NCBI RefSeq assembly: GCF_052425735.1 | Contig: NC_135761.1 | Location: 43,772,001-43,836,000 of the forward strand | Length of the DNA: 64,000 nucleotides | Source: Oculina patagonica | Taxonomy: Eukaryota | Reading direction: 5' to 3' | Made by a program: the position numbers and the translations under genes | Part shown: positions 1 to 12,019 of the stretch, piece after piece | How the letters are laid out: each line of letters opens with the position of its first letter | How positions within the stretch are numbered: the first letter of the stretch is position 1 | The notes under the pieces: generated by a model | What the model was told of the DNA's origin: nothing | What the model saw: the letters and a program-made list of their open reading frames with translations, nothing else | The model's database searches: none

Positions 1-366
1 AATGAGTGCTTAATGCAATTACATTTTTGTTCTTTTGGAAGAAAAAAGCGGCTTTTTTTTTCCAACCATGCCAACGGAAAAATGAATACCCTTAGACATC
101 CAATGTCCCTCCCCTTAGAGGTCCCATCAAAGTAAACTATAAATCGGCTGCTAAAGCTATTGGATTGTTACGAAACAAACACAATGTAAACAGAAGTATC
201 TGAAAGTGGCGTAAGCCCTGACATCACATCAAGGCTGTAGGCATTGCGCCATCGTTGCGAAAACAAGCAGCCCACGTGAAGTATAATAAACAGATAAATT
301 TTCTAAAATATCCACCTTCGATGTAATGGCCAAGTTAACGTTCGCAACATGGACAAGGTTTCTTAC

Positions 367-3283
367 CAACAATACCACATTATAAGCGTCTTTTTAGCAT
401 AACTTCGAGACGAGAACAAATCCCGAAGGTCGCCCAGTCTTTGGCCTACTTCCATGCCTTCGAAGTTTATGTCTCCCTCAGATACTTCTTTGCCGTTGAC
501 GTGCGCAATCTTCTTGCAGAGTGTTATGGCCTCGTCTTTCTTTTCTTTTACTAACAGCCAGCGAAGGGACTCTGGAGTAAACCTGAAATAAAATTAATTA
601 ATACAATTGGATGCTAGGCTAGTAACTTTGAAGAAGCACCTTCCAACTTTAAAAATCCCACACAGAGACAGCTTGATTCTGGTTACATATCCATTATAAC
701 GCATGTATTACATTTAAACTGATTCGAAGATACATCATTCTTTTAACAAATGTCCCATGTAGGTTATGATATCCCCACGGGGGGTACTCCGGCTTGTAAA
801 TGACGGGGATGATCGAATGGAGGCAAAACTCAGGACCCAAAAAAACTCCCTTAGTCTTCCAACATTTCCCAAAAAAAATCCCTGGACAAAAATAACCCCC
901 AAAAAAAATCCCTTGTCAAATTACCCCTAAATTGCCAGGAGGGGCAATAATATAACACAAAGAAAACCATAAAAAATTGAACGCTCGTGTTTGTTTATTC
1001 ATCATACCATAAATACGCCAAGGCCGCGCCAAGGCACTTCAGTTCGTTTTTAATACCCCCAAAAATCCCCTATTTAAATCAAGTCACCCAAAAAAATACT
1101 TGCCAAATTTTCCAACCCAAAAAAATCCCGGAATCGAAAATTTCAAACCCAAAAAAAATCCTTCTATCATCCCCGTCATTTACAAGCCGGAGTACCCCCC
1201 CTGGGATGACATCACATAGCAAAAATACGTCTGAAATATTATTGCAAACTCCACCATCTCGATTTCAATAGTTTTTAAAATTGCCAGGTTGCCAAAATTG
1301 GACACTGCAAACGTCTTTCAACTACTCCTTGCGCACCACGGATGAATTGACCACGCTTTGCTTCTTGGAATAGTTTTAACACTATCAACTTTTCTCATTT
1401 TTTTTTTTTTTTTCATTTTAAATACTTCATTTTTTTCAAAGTTTAATCCACTACACTATCAGGGAGTTCTTACTATATGACATACCAGTAGCCAATCAGG
1501 AGTGGGATCGCTGGTGCCCCAGTCACTATGCACAGTATCCTCCAGTCTGTGCTAAGATAAGCAATCCCTGCTAAGGTCATAGCAGCCAGAGAAAAAGAAT
1601 ACCACAAAGATGTTCCCATCATGCTTCTGTGCTTAATGCCCACGAACTCGAGGGCCAATACGAAAATTGTGATTCCTGCTCCTCCTATTGATTGAAAAAT
1701 ACAAGAATTAATATTTTGTATTTTACATTTACAAAGTTATTTTTGTAGGCCAGAAAGCTTATCCAACCCTGTATTTCCAGACGAATTTACTGTTGGAACT
1801 TGTATGGCATATCAAGCACTAACTTGTTCATTTTAATAGTAGTCTCTTCTCAATTATGACGTCATATGGCAAAAACATGACGCCTGAAATATATTGTAAA
1901 TCCACCATCCTAGATTTCAATAGCTTTAAAAAATTCCAGGTCGCCATTCAACACTGCAAACGTCTTTCAACTACTGGAAAGGGCCTCAACACGGATTTCA
2001 ATGTCATCTAATTTCTCACTGAAGTAAGCGAGCGTTAGTGACATATTATGTTTTGTTTTGATGGATAGGTTATGACTTGCGCGCCTTTGTCAGTTGCTGT
2101 CTATTCCTTATCTATCCTACATCTTTGTTGTTTATTTATATTTTCCTTAGTGAACAAATATTTATACATACCAAAGCCAAAACCAACGAAAAACCGGAAG
2201 ACAGCAAAGAGCCAGTAGACTTTCGGGAAAGCTGTCAGCAGACTAAAAATGGAAACTATACAACCAGCACCAAATGTGATTTTTTTTCTGCCCAGTTTGT
2301 CTGATAAAGTGCTCATAACGATGCTTCCGATCAGCGAGCCAAGATAGACCAAGGAGGACGAGATAGTACCGTACAGCTCCTTGTCACACACCAAGTCAAA
2401 CTGTAAGGAAATCAGAATAAGTTAAAATTGGAATGAGTGAAGAAGACAGGGGGGGGGGGGGGGGGAGTGGATGCAACTCCCTTAAGATTCTATCTTAGTT
2501 TTGAAAAGACAATTTACTCTTTAACACAGAAACGTTTAGTAGTCGTTCATTCATCAATTATAGGAATTTTGAAATGCCAACTATGTGTCCATCACGTCAT
2601 AATTACAAATATGTTTGACCAAACATAGTCACGTTTCCAAAATTGTACAATTCTTTTAGTGTTACATTCCTTTTGCATTTGGCGTTGATGTTGAATCACT
2701 TTCCTATATCTTCAGAGGAAGTAGTGAAATAAATCATAGCGGTTCTAATTGGGTCATATTACGTATCGGTCAGCAAAAATTGTCATCTTGTGGATCAAGC
2801 TAAGGTCTTTCTATTCAGTGCTAAATAATTTCGCAAGGCATTAAAAAAAAAGGAGCCCCCCCTAAAAACCCTTGCGAATGACCCTTTTTTGTCTAATCGC
2901 AATCCTAGTTGTTTTTTCACAAGTGTTTTTACAGGGCAACAACAACAACAACAACAATAAGTAAAACAAAAGTTGTCAGGCAGTTACCTCTGTGACAGCG
3001 GATGTGTAGTCGTCAACAAACTCCCAGGCTTCCCTGGACATATCGCATCTGTCATAAAATCTGTCATCTCCAAGGTACACGGTTTCGTTCACTTTACATT
3101 CGCTGTTGTTACCATTCTGGACGCAACGCCAGCCAGGCTCAGCAGCGATGAACGTGTTAAGCAGTGCTGGCCAGCCATACCAGCACCAGCCAAGAACGTT
3201 AACGTAGATTACTTGAATAACAGTATTTGGTAACGACCAAAGCTGCCAATTTTTTCGAGAACTCGGTCAGGGGTTAAGGCCAT
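367..3283 (-). pseudogene. SLC22 / organic cation transporter-like MFS gene, 5' part (coding exons 3283-2988, 2400-2172, 1684-1486, 582-367; continues off the left edge). Frameshift and stop in coding exon 1 (pseudogene, null allele or assembly error)
   Basis: GT-AG introns with compatible phases (0,1,2,2). Translation gives MALTPDRVLEKIGSFGRYQ..., the Cys-containing extracellular loop ending VTE|FDLVCDK, MFS motif A (SDKLGRK), FRFFVGFG, LEFVG, DWR and PESLRWL, all SLC22 hallmarks. Exon 1 is 296 nt (3n+2) and reads TAA at codon 25 (3209-3211). Confidence 0.9.
773..1205. mobile_element. Non-autonomous DNA transposon (MITE) with CCC...GGG termini and 2-bp TSD (EnSpm/CACTA-like), in an SLC22 intron
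   Basis: About 40-bp TIRs (CCCCACGGGGGGTACTCCGGCTTGTAAATGACGGGGATGAT and its reverse complement at 1166-1205). AT on both sides (771-772, 1206-1207). Confidence 0.8.
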
Positions 3284-3438
3284 TACTGAAGATAAGGATA
3301 AAAACAACGTTTAGTACGTTTGCACAAATATTCTTGAATCTGTTCCTCACGCTGCAAATCAATTTCTAACCATATTGAGCATGCAGAGGGGGTGGGTGGG
3401 TAGCAGATCGTGATTTGAATACACTACCGGTTTAATTA

Positions 3439-3472
3439 GAAAAAAAAAAAAAAAAAAAAAAGGGGAAAAGAG

Positions 3473-3507
<35 letters not shown>
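3439..3507. repeat. Poly(A) tract with G interruptions
   Basis: Directly visible. Confidence 0.9.
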
Positions 3508-3510
<3 letters not shown>

Positions 3511-3991
3511 CTGCCAGATTAAGCATATGGCGCTTGTTTTTCCCGCGAATAGCAAAAATTCAACTTTAGCTTTTAGTTGTCTGCCGTTTGCCGTTTGTAC
3601 GCGAAAATGAGTAGTTTTATGCTTGTCGTGAATGTGGGTTTTTTTTCTCCGTTTTTTGAGTGATTACTTTTAGAATTCAATAAAAGGTAACACAAGAAGC
3701 TCGCGTTTTCCGTTTGCCGAAAAAAGGCCTGGTTAATCTCTATAATGGCAATCCTTCTCCCGGATTAGGTCGCACGTGTCAAAATCTAAATGTTTTACGT
3801 TTGCTCTTTCAACATCTTAATGAAAATAAAATTAAGCAAATGAATGTAAACGGCATTTTAACTTGAAAAGTGAACTCGTCTGACTTATTCTTAAGCGAAA
3901 TTATTATTAGTAATTGGCCGTATTCCATCCTGTATTATAGTTTGGCTCTCTGAGTTTATCTTTCTTTGCCACAGCGACTTCGAACTTTTTC

Positions 3992-4502
3992 GAAAATTTC
4001 AAGGTTAAAATCGGCGAATTATTGAGTTTTGTTCTTTGTGTGCTTTTAAAAGAGCGTGTCAAATATTGTGCGTGCTTTATTTTAAAGGAGTGTGGCAGAT
4101 ATTATGCAAATTACGATGTCTGTCCACTTGTTTACTAAGCCGCTTGGTCTGTTTTCAAGAAACCTTGCGAATTATTTGGATTTTGCTGTTTCATGTTGAT
4201 CAGTTTACAAAACAGTTATGTGCTATACAGAATCTTTAGTCGTTTAAGAAAATTTCAAGGTTAAAATCGGCGAATTATTGAGTTTTGTTCTTTGCGTGCT
4301 TTTAAAAGAGTGTGTCAAATATTGTGCGTGCTTTTAAAGGAGTGTGGCAGATATTATGCAAATTACGATGTCTGTCCACTTGTTTACTAAGCCGCTTGGT
4401 CTGTTTTCAAGAAACCTTGCGAATTATTTGGATTTTGCTGTTTCATGTTGATCAGTTTACAAAACAGTTATGTGCTATACAGAATCTTTAGTCGTTTAAG
4501 AA
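3992..4502. repeat. Near-perfect tandem duplication of a ~256-bp unit
   Basis: GAAAATTTCAAGGTTAAAATCGGCG... begins at 3992 and again at 4248; the copies differ at only a few positions. Confidence 0.92.
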
Positions 4503-4664
4503 TAGGAGGACCAAAAAACAATTCAGTTTTAACTGGTCTAACAGGACTCAGTGATGTACCTTTGAAATCGACGATTTGGTGAGCTTTGTATTAAATTCTC
4601 CCGCACGACCAATAAAAGACGTCTAAAATTCAGGGCGAATTGTGTTCAGTTGCCTCTTGCATTC

Positions 4665-5985
4665 GGTCAGTGCACGTGTAAAGCGCAGACTGCAGACCGG
4701 GAGTAAAATGCAGTCTGAGGGTAAAATGCAGACTGCAGACCAGGGGTAAAATGCAGACCCAGGGTAATGTAACGAAATATGAGTCACAAAGCCGTTTTAA
4801 CCGATAGGTTACATCAAAGCGTGAACACGTGTTGAAAAAAACATGTTCTAAGTGGTGTTGTGAAGTGTTTCAGTTACCAAGGTTGTTCAAGGTTACTCTT
4901 TAGTTTAAAGTCCAACGTTGCTCAGGTTTTACTCCACACTCACAGTTCCTTGCTTTTAGCAGTTTTGTCTAGTGTCTAGTTCGTAAGGGTTGTTTGGGCT
5001 GGCTTATTTCCGTTTCTCAGAGTAGTCATGTTCGGGAATCAAAACTGTCCGTGTGTCCCGCCTACCTGCGGTTCTTGTTTGGGTTCTTAGTCCAACTCTG
5101 TAGATAATTCATAGGATTTTAATTGGTTATTCTCTAATTTTGTTGATCACCAAAAAAGTGTGTTTTCACAGATTGAATCATGCTGGAATGATGTGCGGTA
5201 AAGTTCCGCGAAACCCAAACATGTCTTCCGTTTACCTATATTAGAAAGGCTGCTAGTTGGTTATAGTTAGTTGTGCAGTTGTTGCTGAAAAAGAAGCACT
5301 AAAAAATGAACAGAGTCAGCGTCCTGGTACCTCCTGTTGCAGACAGAGAGGGAGAAAGCTAATTTCCCCAAGCACGCAACAACAGTGGGTATCAAACGTT
5401 GTGTGATTGATTATCAAAAGTTCGAAGTTCCGTAGACAACTCTTTTTGCATGAGCGAACACGAAAATGAACTGACGGTAAACAAATTTTATGCCTTCACA
5501 AATGCGGTCAAATTTAGCTTTATTTGCAGCAAAAACAAAATCATTTTAAATATTTTTGTGGAGCCTTCAAATCTAAGTCTTCAGCTCTTGTAATCCGGGC
5601 GAAATTGAATGGTTTACAGCCCTTTCGGAAATCAATTTTATACGAATTACGTCACGCCATTTCTGATTTGTTTAATTTACCGCTCGCCAAACATAAAAGT
5701 GTTGTACATTTTATTTTAATCTGCGCCTGTTAAAAGCAGTTTCAAGAGTTGTGAACGCAGAATAAAATTTATTTATCACCAGTTTAACTTTTGTGATCTC
5801 TCGTGCGAAACGGATTCTCCCACGTACATTCCTTCAAATCACGCAACGTGTCCAGGAGGGCTTCAGGCTAAGATGGAACCAACGGGGTAAGATGAATTTG
5901 TTATTCATATTTCGTTACTTTACCCTCGGTCTACATTTTACCACCGGTCTGCAGTCTGCATGCTAGTCTGTGTTTTACATTGACC
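4665..5985. mobile_element. Non-autonomous DNA transposon with imperfect TIRs and subterminal GCAGACTGCAGAC repeats
   Basis: GGTCAGTG...GCAGACTGCAGACC at the left end; GGTCTGCAGTCTGC...CATTGACC at the right end. Confidence 0.65.
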
Positions 5986-7097
5986 TCTTCTACATTGCAA
6001 TTTTAGTTTAGGTTACTTGTTCTAAACGGTTACATTCATAACTGATCGGTACATATAGAAGCAAAGTTCATTACTTACTCAGGAGCTCAGAAAGAACCCT
6101 TGCACGCGAAAAGATAGTTTGGCCGTCACAACTTGATTTGCTTACATTACCTGATGAACTAACTTTAGAACTTTTAGTATTTTTTGTAACGACTATAGTG
6201 GTCGTTTTGTGCTATTTGTAGGCAACAATGATATAATTCGTGTCAGAAAAGTTTTCGTGAGAAATGTTATTGACAGTTTTGCCATTTGTTTTTAGCCAAA
6301 GAGTAATTACTTAGTGTTTTCGACAATTGAAAATTTAAAAAAAAAAAAGAATGCTTATTTCGAAACAAGCTGTCGCCCTTTCTGTTGTGCACGCAAATTT
6401 GTGGCGAGTGTAGAGGCACTTCAGGTTTGTCTAGCTTGGTGCAATGCACTGATTCAATCCATTTGTCGCATAAAGCAAAAGGGGAACTAATATTGTCTAG
6501 GGCTGCCTTAGTCCAATGCTGGTCTCGTCTCATAAAAAAAACACAACTTCTCTTACATTAGACAGGCTATATAAAAAATTCACTTTCTTTTACTAGAGTT
6601 GCAGACAACGTAATTTGCATAATATTTGCCACATTCCTTGAAAAGCACGCAAAGATCAATATACAATGATTCGTCAATTTTAGCCATTTACATAGTTATA
6701 CAATTTAATTTGTGTGGATTAGTTTGTATTTTCTAAATCTAACAATGAATTGGTTCTTTTATGTTTGGTCTTTTTTTAGCAACCTTATTTGCATAATGTG
6801 TGTGAAATAAACGCATAAGCACCAAAAAGTCGAAGTCACTGTGGCAAGGGAAAATAAAAAGCGCAAGGAATTTTGGTATTTCTATGCTTTTTAAACATCT
6901 TCTAGTCGATTTAGTTGGATTTATTGTGAAATTGCGGTAATTTCCCATTTTTTTTTTGTTGCGGTATTGCAAAGTGAACTGCTGATAAATAAAATGCTTT
7001 TAAATGGCTTAGTTAAACCTTTCGGATGTCAAGTTGTCAAAATGATTTTGCTTCGTAAAACGCTCGGAATAAAACAGCATAAAAATAAAAGGAATAA

Positions 7098-8090
7098 TTA
7101 ACAATTATTCTATGAGTCCGCGTTGGATACGAGGTGGTAAATTAAATAGACAACGAGGAGCGAAGCCCCGAGTTGGCTATAACGACTCGTATCCAACAAG
7201 GGCGAATAGAATAATTGTTTAATTAAATTCTTCTTCAAGTTAAAATCGACTGGATATTTCAGTTTGATGTAAACAAGGTGATAGTATTAAAGGCGGGAAA
7301 ATTTGTGGCGCGGTGTTCACTTCTTGAGTTGAATGAAACACACGAGGAAAGCGAGCGAGAGAGTTTTCTTCCCAAGATTTTCCTCGAACAATCTCCTCTA
7401 AAGTCGTCTATATATCCTGGAAATTGTGACAACAGTTAAGATTTACGGGAAGATCCGAAGCAAAAGCTTTTCTGGAAACTACACGTCTTGTGGAAGTCGA
7501 ACGAAGCAAGTGTTTACATTGTACTTCTTTACGGCTCCACGGCTGTCATCAAGACTGCTATATTATTTGAAGCGAAACTGAGCTCAAAGTTCAGAAAGTT
7601 GAACAGGTTTATTAAAGTATAAAAGGACAAGACCAAGATTGAAAGGTAACAAACTTTACAGAAGTGCTGAGCCTAATTTTATGACGTACAATAAATGAAA
7701 CTGTGTCAATTTGCCGCTCTTTTGTAAATTATTTGCTGCTTTTCTACTTCATTCACTCGCTCTTGTTGTGCGTTTACAAGTATTATTAATTAAACTTTTC
7801 GCACTGCAAACCTTTTGTTTTGCGTAGTTAATTTTATTATGGCATTTCTGAGGTTTTGGCAGGCACCGCTGATTATTTCTTGTTCATAAAGCTCGCCAAA
7901 ATTGCTGTTTTCTACCATTTTTCTGATGGAGCTGTCGCTTCCCGCAGAAAAATTTTACGTTGAGCGCGCGGCACTTGCCGCACTCATTTCCGATATAATG
8001 TCAAACATAGGTATACGAGCTGATAACCGGGATTCAGTGAACCAATCAGAAAGCTAGAAATGCAATATCCGAGGTTGAGAATTTAATAAC
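7098..8090 (+). mobile_element. Non-autonomous element with a terminal palindrome (hairpin-core family, possibly Crypton-like)
   Basis: Arms AACAATTATTCTAT..GTTGGATACGAG / CTCGTATCCAAC..ATAGAATAATTGTT flank the core ACGAGGAGCGAAGCCCCGAGT. The right boundary is approximate. Confidence 0.55.
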
Positions 8091-10268
8091 AATTTTATGC
8101 TCGCTAAAAACACCTTAGCACGGTTCGTAAAACATGGCTTTGCTCTTAAAAAAAGGCAAATTTTATCAATTTTTTGCCGGCATAAAATTTATTTTTCGGC
8201 AGTTCGATTCGCCATCTGAATTTTAAAGCTTGTCATGTCGCAATTTGCAATGCTCCGCACGTCGCTGTCGGAATTTAATTCGTCATTTCGTCTAAGGGAC
8301 ATGAGATATGTTTTATGCAAAGCCTCCTTGCATACGCAACAATAAAGTGGCAATGTATGTAGTTTAGTATTTACTTGTGGGTAGGAAAAAGCAACAGATG
8401 TTTTTGAATGATTCTATCGATTCACTTTTCGACTAAGAAGCTTTTTGCCTGTTAAATCCGCGGGACCTAAAAACGAGCCTTGAGGGGAATATTAATGACC
8501 TACACTTGTTGACGATTCAGGGGATTTGTGACTACACCAGTTTGCCGTTTATTATTTCCTTCACTGTCGCTATTTCAACAAAAGTTTTGTTGTTCGTCGC
8601 CATTTTGTTTCTTCTATGTCACCGTACCCTTACAGGGCCACGGTGGTCGCTCGAACGAAATGTTGTCTGACACCCCTTCAAACGTGTTTTCAGGACGTGT
8701 TCATTGTTATTAAATGCGACATATAAAAAGATAAATTCAATTCTTCGCCATATCTTTACTGCAAATCGGGAGGTTGTGATTAGAAACAAATTTTGATTCG
8801 AACATTACTCCGCGCTTCCGATGTATTCCTGAAATTGACTATCTGAATCAAATTTCAAATAATCAACTCATTAATGTACGGATTGAATCAAGCTGTGAGA
8901 TATGCGTTAAAAGTTTCCACGCTCAGCAATCCCAAAAATGCACGTCTGCAGTTAACCTTTGTTAATAGAAACTCAGTTGTGTTCTTTTGGAAATCCGCGA
9001 ACTGCCCAGAATGCCATTGTTTTTAGCGACATGTACTTACAGCGCCCGATTTCAGGGTGAGCGGCATAATAGTTCGCATATTTTGAACTAGTCAGTTGTA
9101 ATTGGCTGATGGACTTAGCTTTGGGAATACTCTGACGAGTACCGCAAGATCATGTACTCTCAAAGGCTATTCCTTGTTCACATGTTTGTTCGGCCTGTTT
9201 GACTTTCAGCCCGTTCGTCTCTACCGAGCCTCATGCGAATTCTGCCAGCGCAAGTAATTTGTAATTTGGCGCATTGATCATATAAAACTAAAAAAACAAC
9301 AACAAACGAGCGCATGTTGTTGTCGGAACGAGCCGACCCACGCCGTCAGTGCCTCGTGGGATTTCGCATTCTATTGTTTCTAAAAATTAATTATTCAACT
9401 TTGGATTGATCAAAAGTTATAAATAATTGATTGTAACTTTTCAGTTACGAAAGAGAGCTTTCGGTCAATGAGCTGCAGTTCGATTAGAAAAGACATTTCA
9501 ATTGTGGGTTCCGAAAGCGATCGCGATCGAAGAGTATGTGTCTCAATTCTTGCTCATTCTGGTGTTATCAGTTTGTCACACTTCACTGATGCTTAATTGC
9601 CCTAGCTTGGCCTCTATTGTTTATGAAAGCGGAGTTTTGAATTCATTAAAACGCAAGCGGGAATTTTAAATCAACTCACGGGGGTAAAATCAGACAAGTT
9701 AAAAAAGATAATGCTTCCAACCGTCGGATTTGCGCGAAAAAGCGGCAAGTAACTCTTGAAATGCTACTTATAAAAAGCCATATGAATGCTTTCCTGCTTA
9801 GTTCTGTTTTCTCGAGATTTTCAACCTCAAAGTGTCGATCTTATACATGCAGAGCTGCAAAATAGCTGCATTTGAGGCCGAAAAAGATAATACTTCCCAA
9901 ACATTAACAGACGTAAAAGTAGCCGGATTGTCTTTATTTACCTCATTTTTACAAAAGCCATATAAATGGTAACGAGTAAACTAAACCGTTTTCTTGTAAA
10001 AGTAGAATTCCCGAGCAGTGGTGACCATTTTGGCCGACTTTCTTTGTTATTACGTGTTCTTTGTCTAATGAGCTTTTGAATTTTCGCGCGAGAAGGGCTT
10101 CTAAAGTCCCGGATGTGTCGCGGTGATGATTGGTTCTCCCACTGTTTTCTATTCGCCGATAGAAAAGAGTCACGCGCGCGCGTAGCTCTTTAGGCGGTAA
10201 ATTTTCTTGATTTTTGTCTTCAAAGTGCACAATATTGTAGGTTTTGGACTGCAATCCTTTAGAGTTTC

Positions 10269-10274
<6 letters not shown>

Positions 10275-10304
<30 letters not shown>

Positions 10305-10305
10305 T

Positions 10306-10341
<36 letters not shown>

Positions 10342-10385
10342 TTGCTCATAGAAAACTCGGGCTCGTAGTCTAATTTTTTAATTAG
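10275..10385 (-). mobile_element. Terminal palindrome of a hairpin-core non-autonomous element; a second copy in the opposite orientation is at 21218-21455
   Basis: TTAGACTACTCGCCCTCGTTTTCTATGAGC..GTCAACTCGGCTGCGCCTCGTTGAC..GCTCATAGAAAACTCGGGCTCGTAGTCTAA, nearly identical to the reverse complement of 21222-21320. Confidence 0.7.
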
Positions 10386-10431
10386 AAAGGCTGTTAAGTT
10401 GGCTATAGTTAGTTGTGCAGTTGTTGCTGAA

Positions 10432-10491
<60 letters not shown>

Positions 10492-11084
10492 TTTATTACC
10501 GTGTGTAAAATGTTTAGCTGAGGGGAAAAGTCCCCTCTACTAATTGTGGACACCTGACTAAGAAAAAAAAACTTAAAAAAAACTTAAACTTATCATTATA
10601 CAACTATTACAATTAATAATTTAAAGTTAAAATAAGATAAAAAGAAGCTATTTACATAGTAAAAACGGGTAAAAAAGTAAATCTATTTATGTGATAAAAA
10701 AGACTATATACATGGCTAGTATTAATAGTCACAGAGGCGGTAATTGCAGCGTTCATTATTTAAAAAGTTATTGAAGTCACGTTTCCGAATCGTTTTCTTA
10801 AATGTCTTAAGTGACTGGCAGTTTCTTTCATCCGTCGTCAGGTGGCCCCAGAGCTTTGGACCCAGGTATCTAATAGAATGCTTTCCGTACGTAACTGTAG
10901 TGAAGCGGGGCATCGAAAAGTCTGATTGCCTCAGCTGGTAGGACGACTGATGAGGCTTAAATAGCTGACGGATCGGATTTGGACTAAGCCCATTTTTAAC
11001 CTTATACATCAGTATGCATATATCTTGCAATCGCCTGTTTTTTAAAATAGGTAGTTCTGCCCTCTTTAGTAAAACTTCGTAGCC
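10432..11084 (-). mobile_element. 5'-truncated non-LTR retrotransposon (CR1/L2-group LINE 3' end) with (TTA)n tail
   Basis: ORF2 C-terminus YEVLLKRAELPILKNRRLQDICILMYKVKNGLSP...YGKHSIRYLGPKLW, then a 3'UTR, AATAAA and an (ATT)n tail (10432-10489). Confidence 0.85.
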
Positions 11085-11797
11085 GTGTTTTAAACGTGTT
11101 TTAAACGTCTGGTACCTCCCGTTGCAAACAGAGGGTGAGCGCTATTAAAACGCTTCAATAAATAAACAAATAAACCACTTTCACTGAACTTTATGAATAG
11201 ATCGGTCTCTGATTGTGGCCTGCGACAGAGCGTCGCAGGCCACAATCAGCATTGTAATTGTCGCAGATCATTCTGTTGCGCGGATAAAACTTAGTAGCTG
11301 AGAAAAATTGGATGTGTTTGAATGAACTAGAAATAAATGAAAAACAAATGGTTGCTAAATGGAGACATGGAGGACTACAAGCGAAACTTTTTGAGAATGG
11401 CTAAAACCACTTTAGCGAGTTCGATACAAAATGCGTTACTACAAAACGACCCAGACAAACAGGACACTGTAGAAAATAACAAAACCACACTCTTCTGCTC
11501 AGTTTGAAACCTTTAAAAACATAACAGCGTTACAAACTTTGAAAAAAGGTAAAATTTCTTACCTTTTAGATAAGCGTCCATTTTATTCACTTTCAGTGTT
11601 TATATAAGCAGACCAAGAGCCAATACTTCCCCATCCGTTGAGTCCTGACTTAACCAACAGAACATGTAACAGAAAGACAAGTATTAATCAGTGGATAAAT
11701 TTTTCTATTTGTGAATAATTTTCACGCTCCAATGTTTCCTTAGAGTCCTTAGAACCATTTTGGATACCGCGACTGAATTGCTAACATTCAATAGCCT

Positions 11798-12019
11798 GGT
11801 AGCGGTGGCCCAACAGAACGAATTTGTAGTTTTGCTGATTCGCTTTTGCAATCTATCGCCAAAAATCAAGAGTCGTACATCAAAGACACCACTCATTATG
11901 TAAGCTTCATTATATAAACTCCACTTCCAGACAAAGGGGTTCTAGTTAATTCAGACGTTTGCTTACTCTTCACTAACATTCCTCAAGAGGAAGGTATTAG
12001 TGTTGTTTGTCAAGCATTT
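11798..12019 (+). mobile_element. Penelope-like element reverse transcriptase fragment (degenerate)
   Basis: GSGGPTERICSFADSLLQSIAKNQESYIKDTTHYVSFII*TPLP...DVCLLFTNIPQEEGISVVC matches the Penelope-type RT motifs SYIKDT and DVxSLYTNIP. Confidence 0.75.

Noticed and set aside
10338-10553. Poly-Leu signal-peptide-like ORF
   Set aside because: Translation of the LINE (TTA)n tail.
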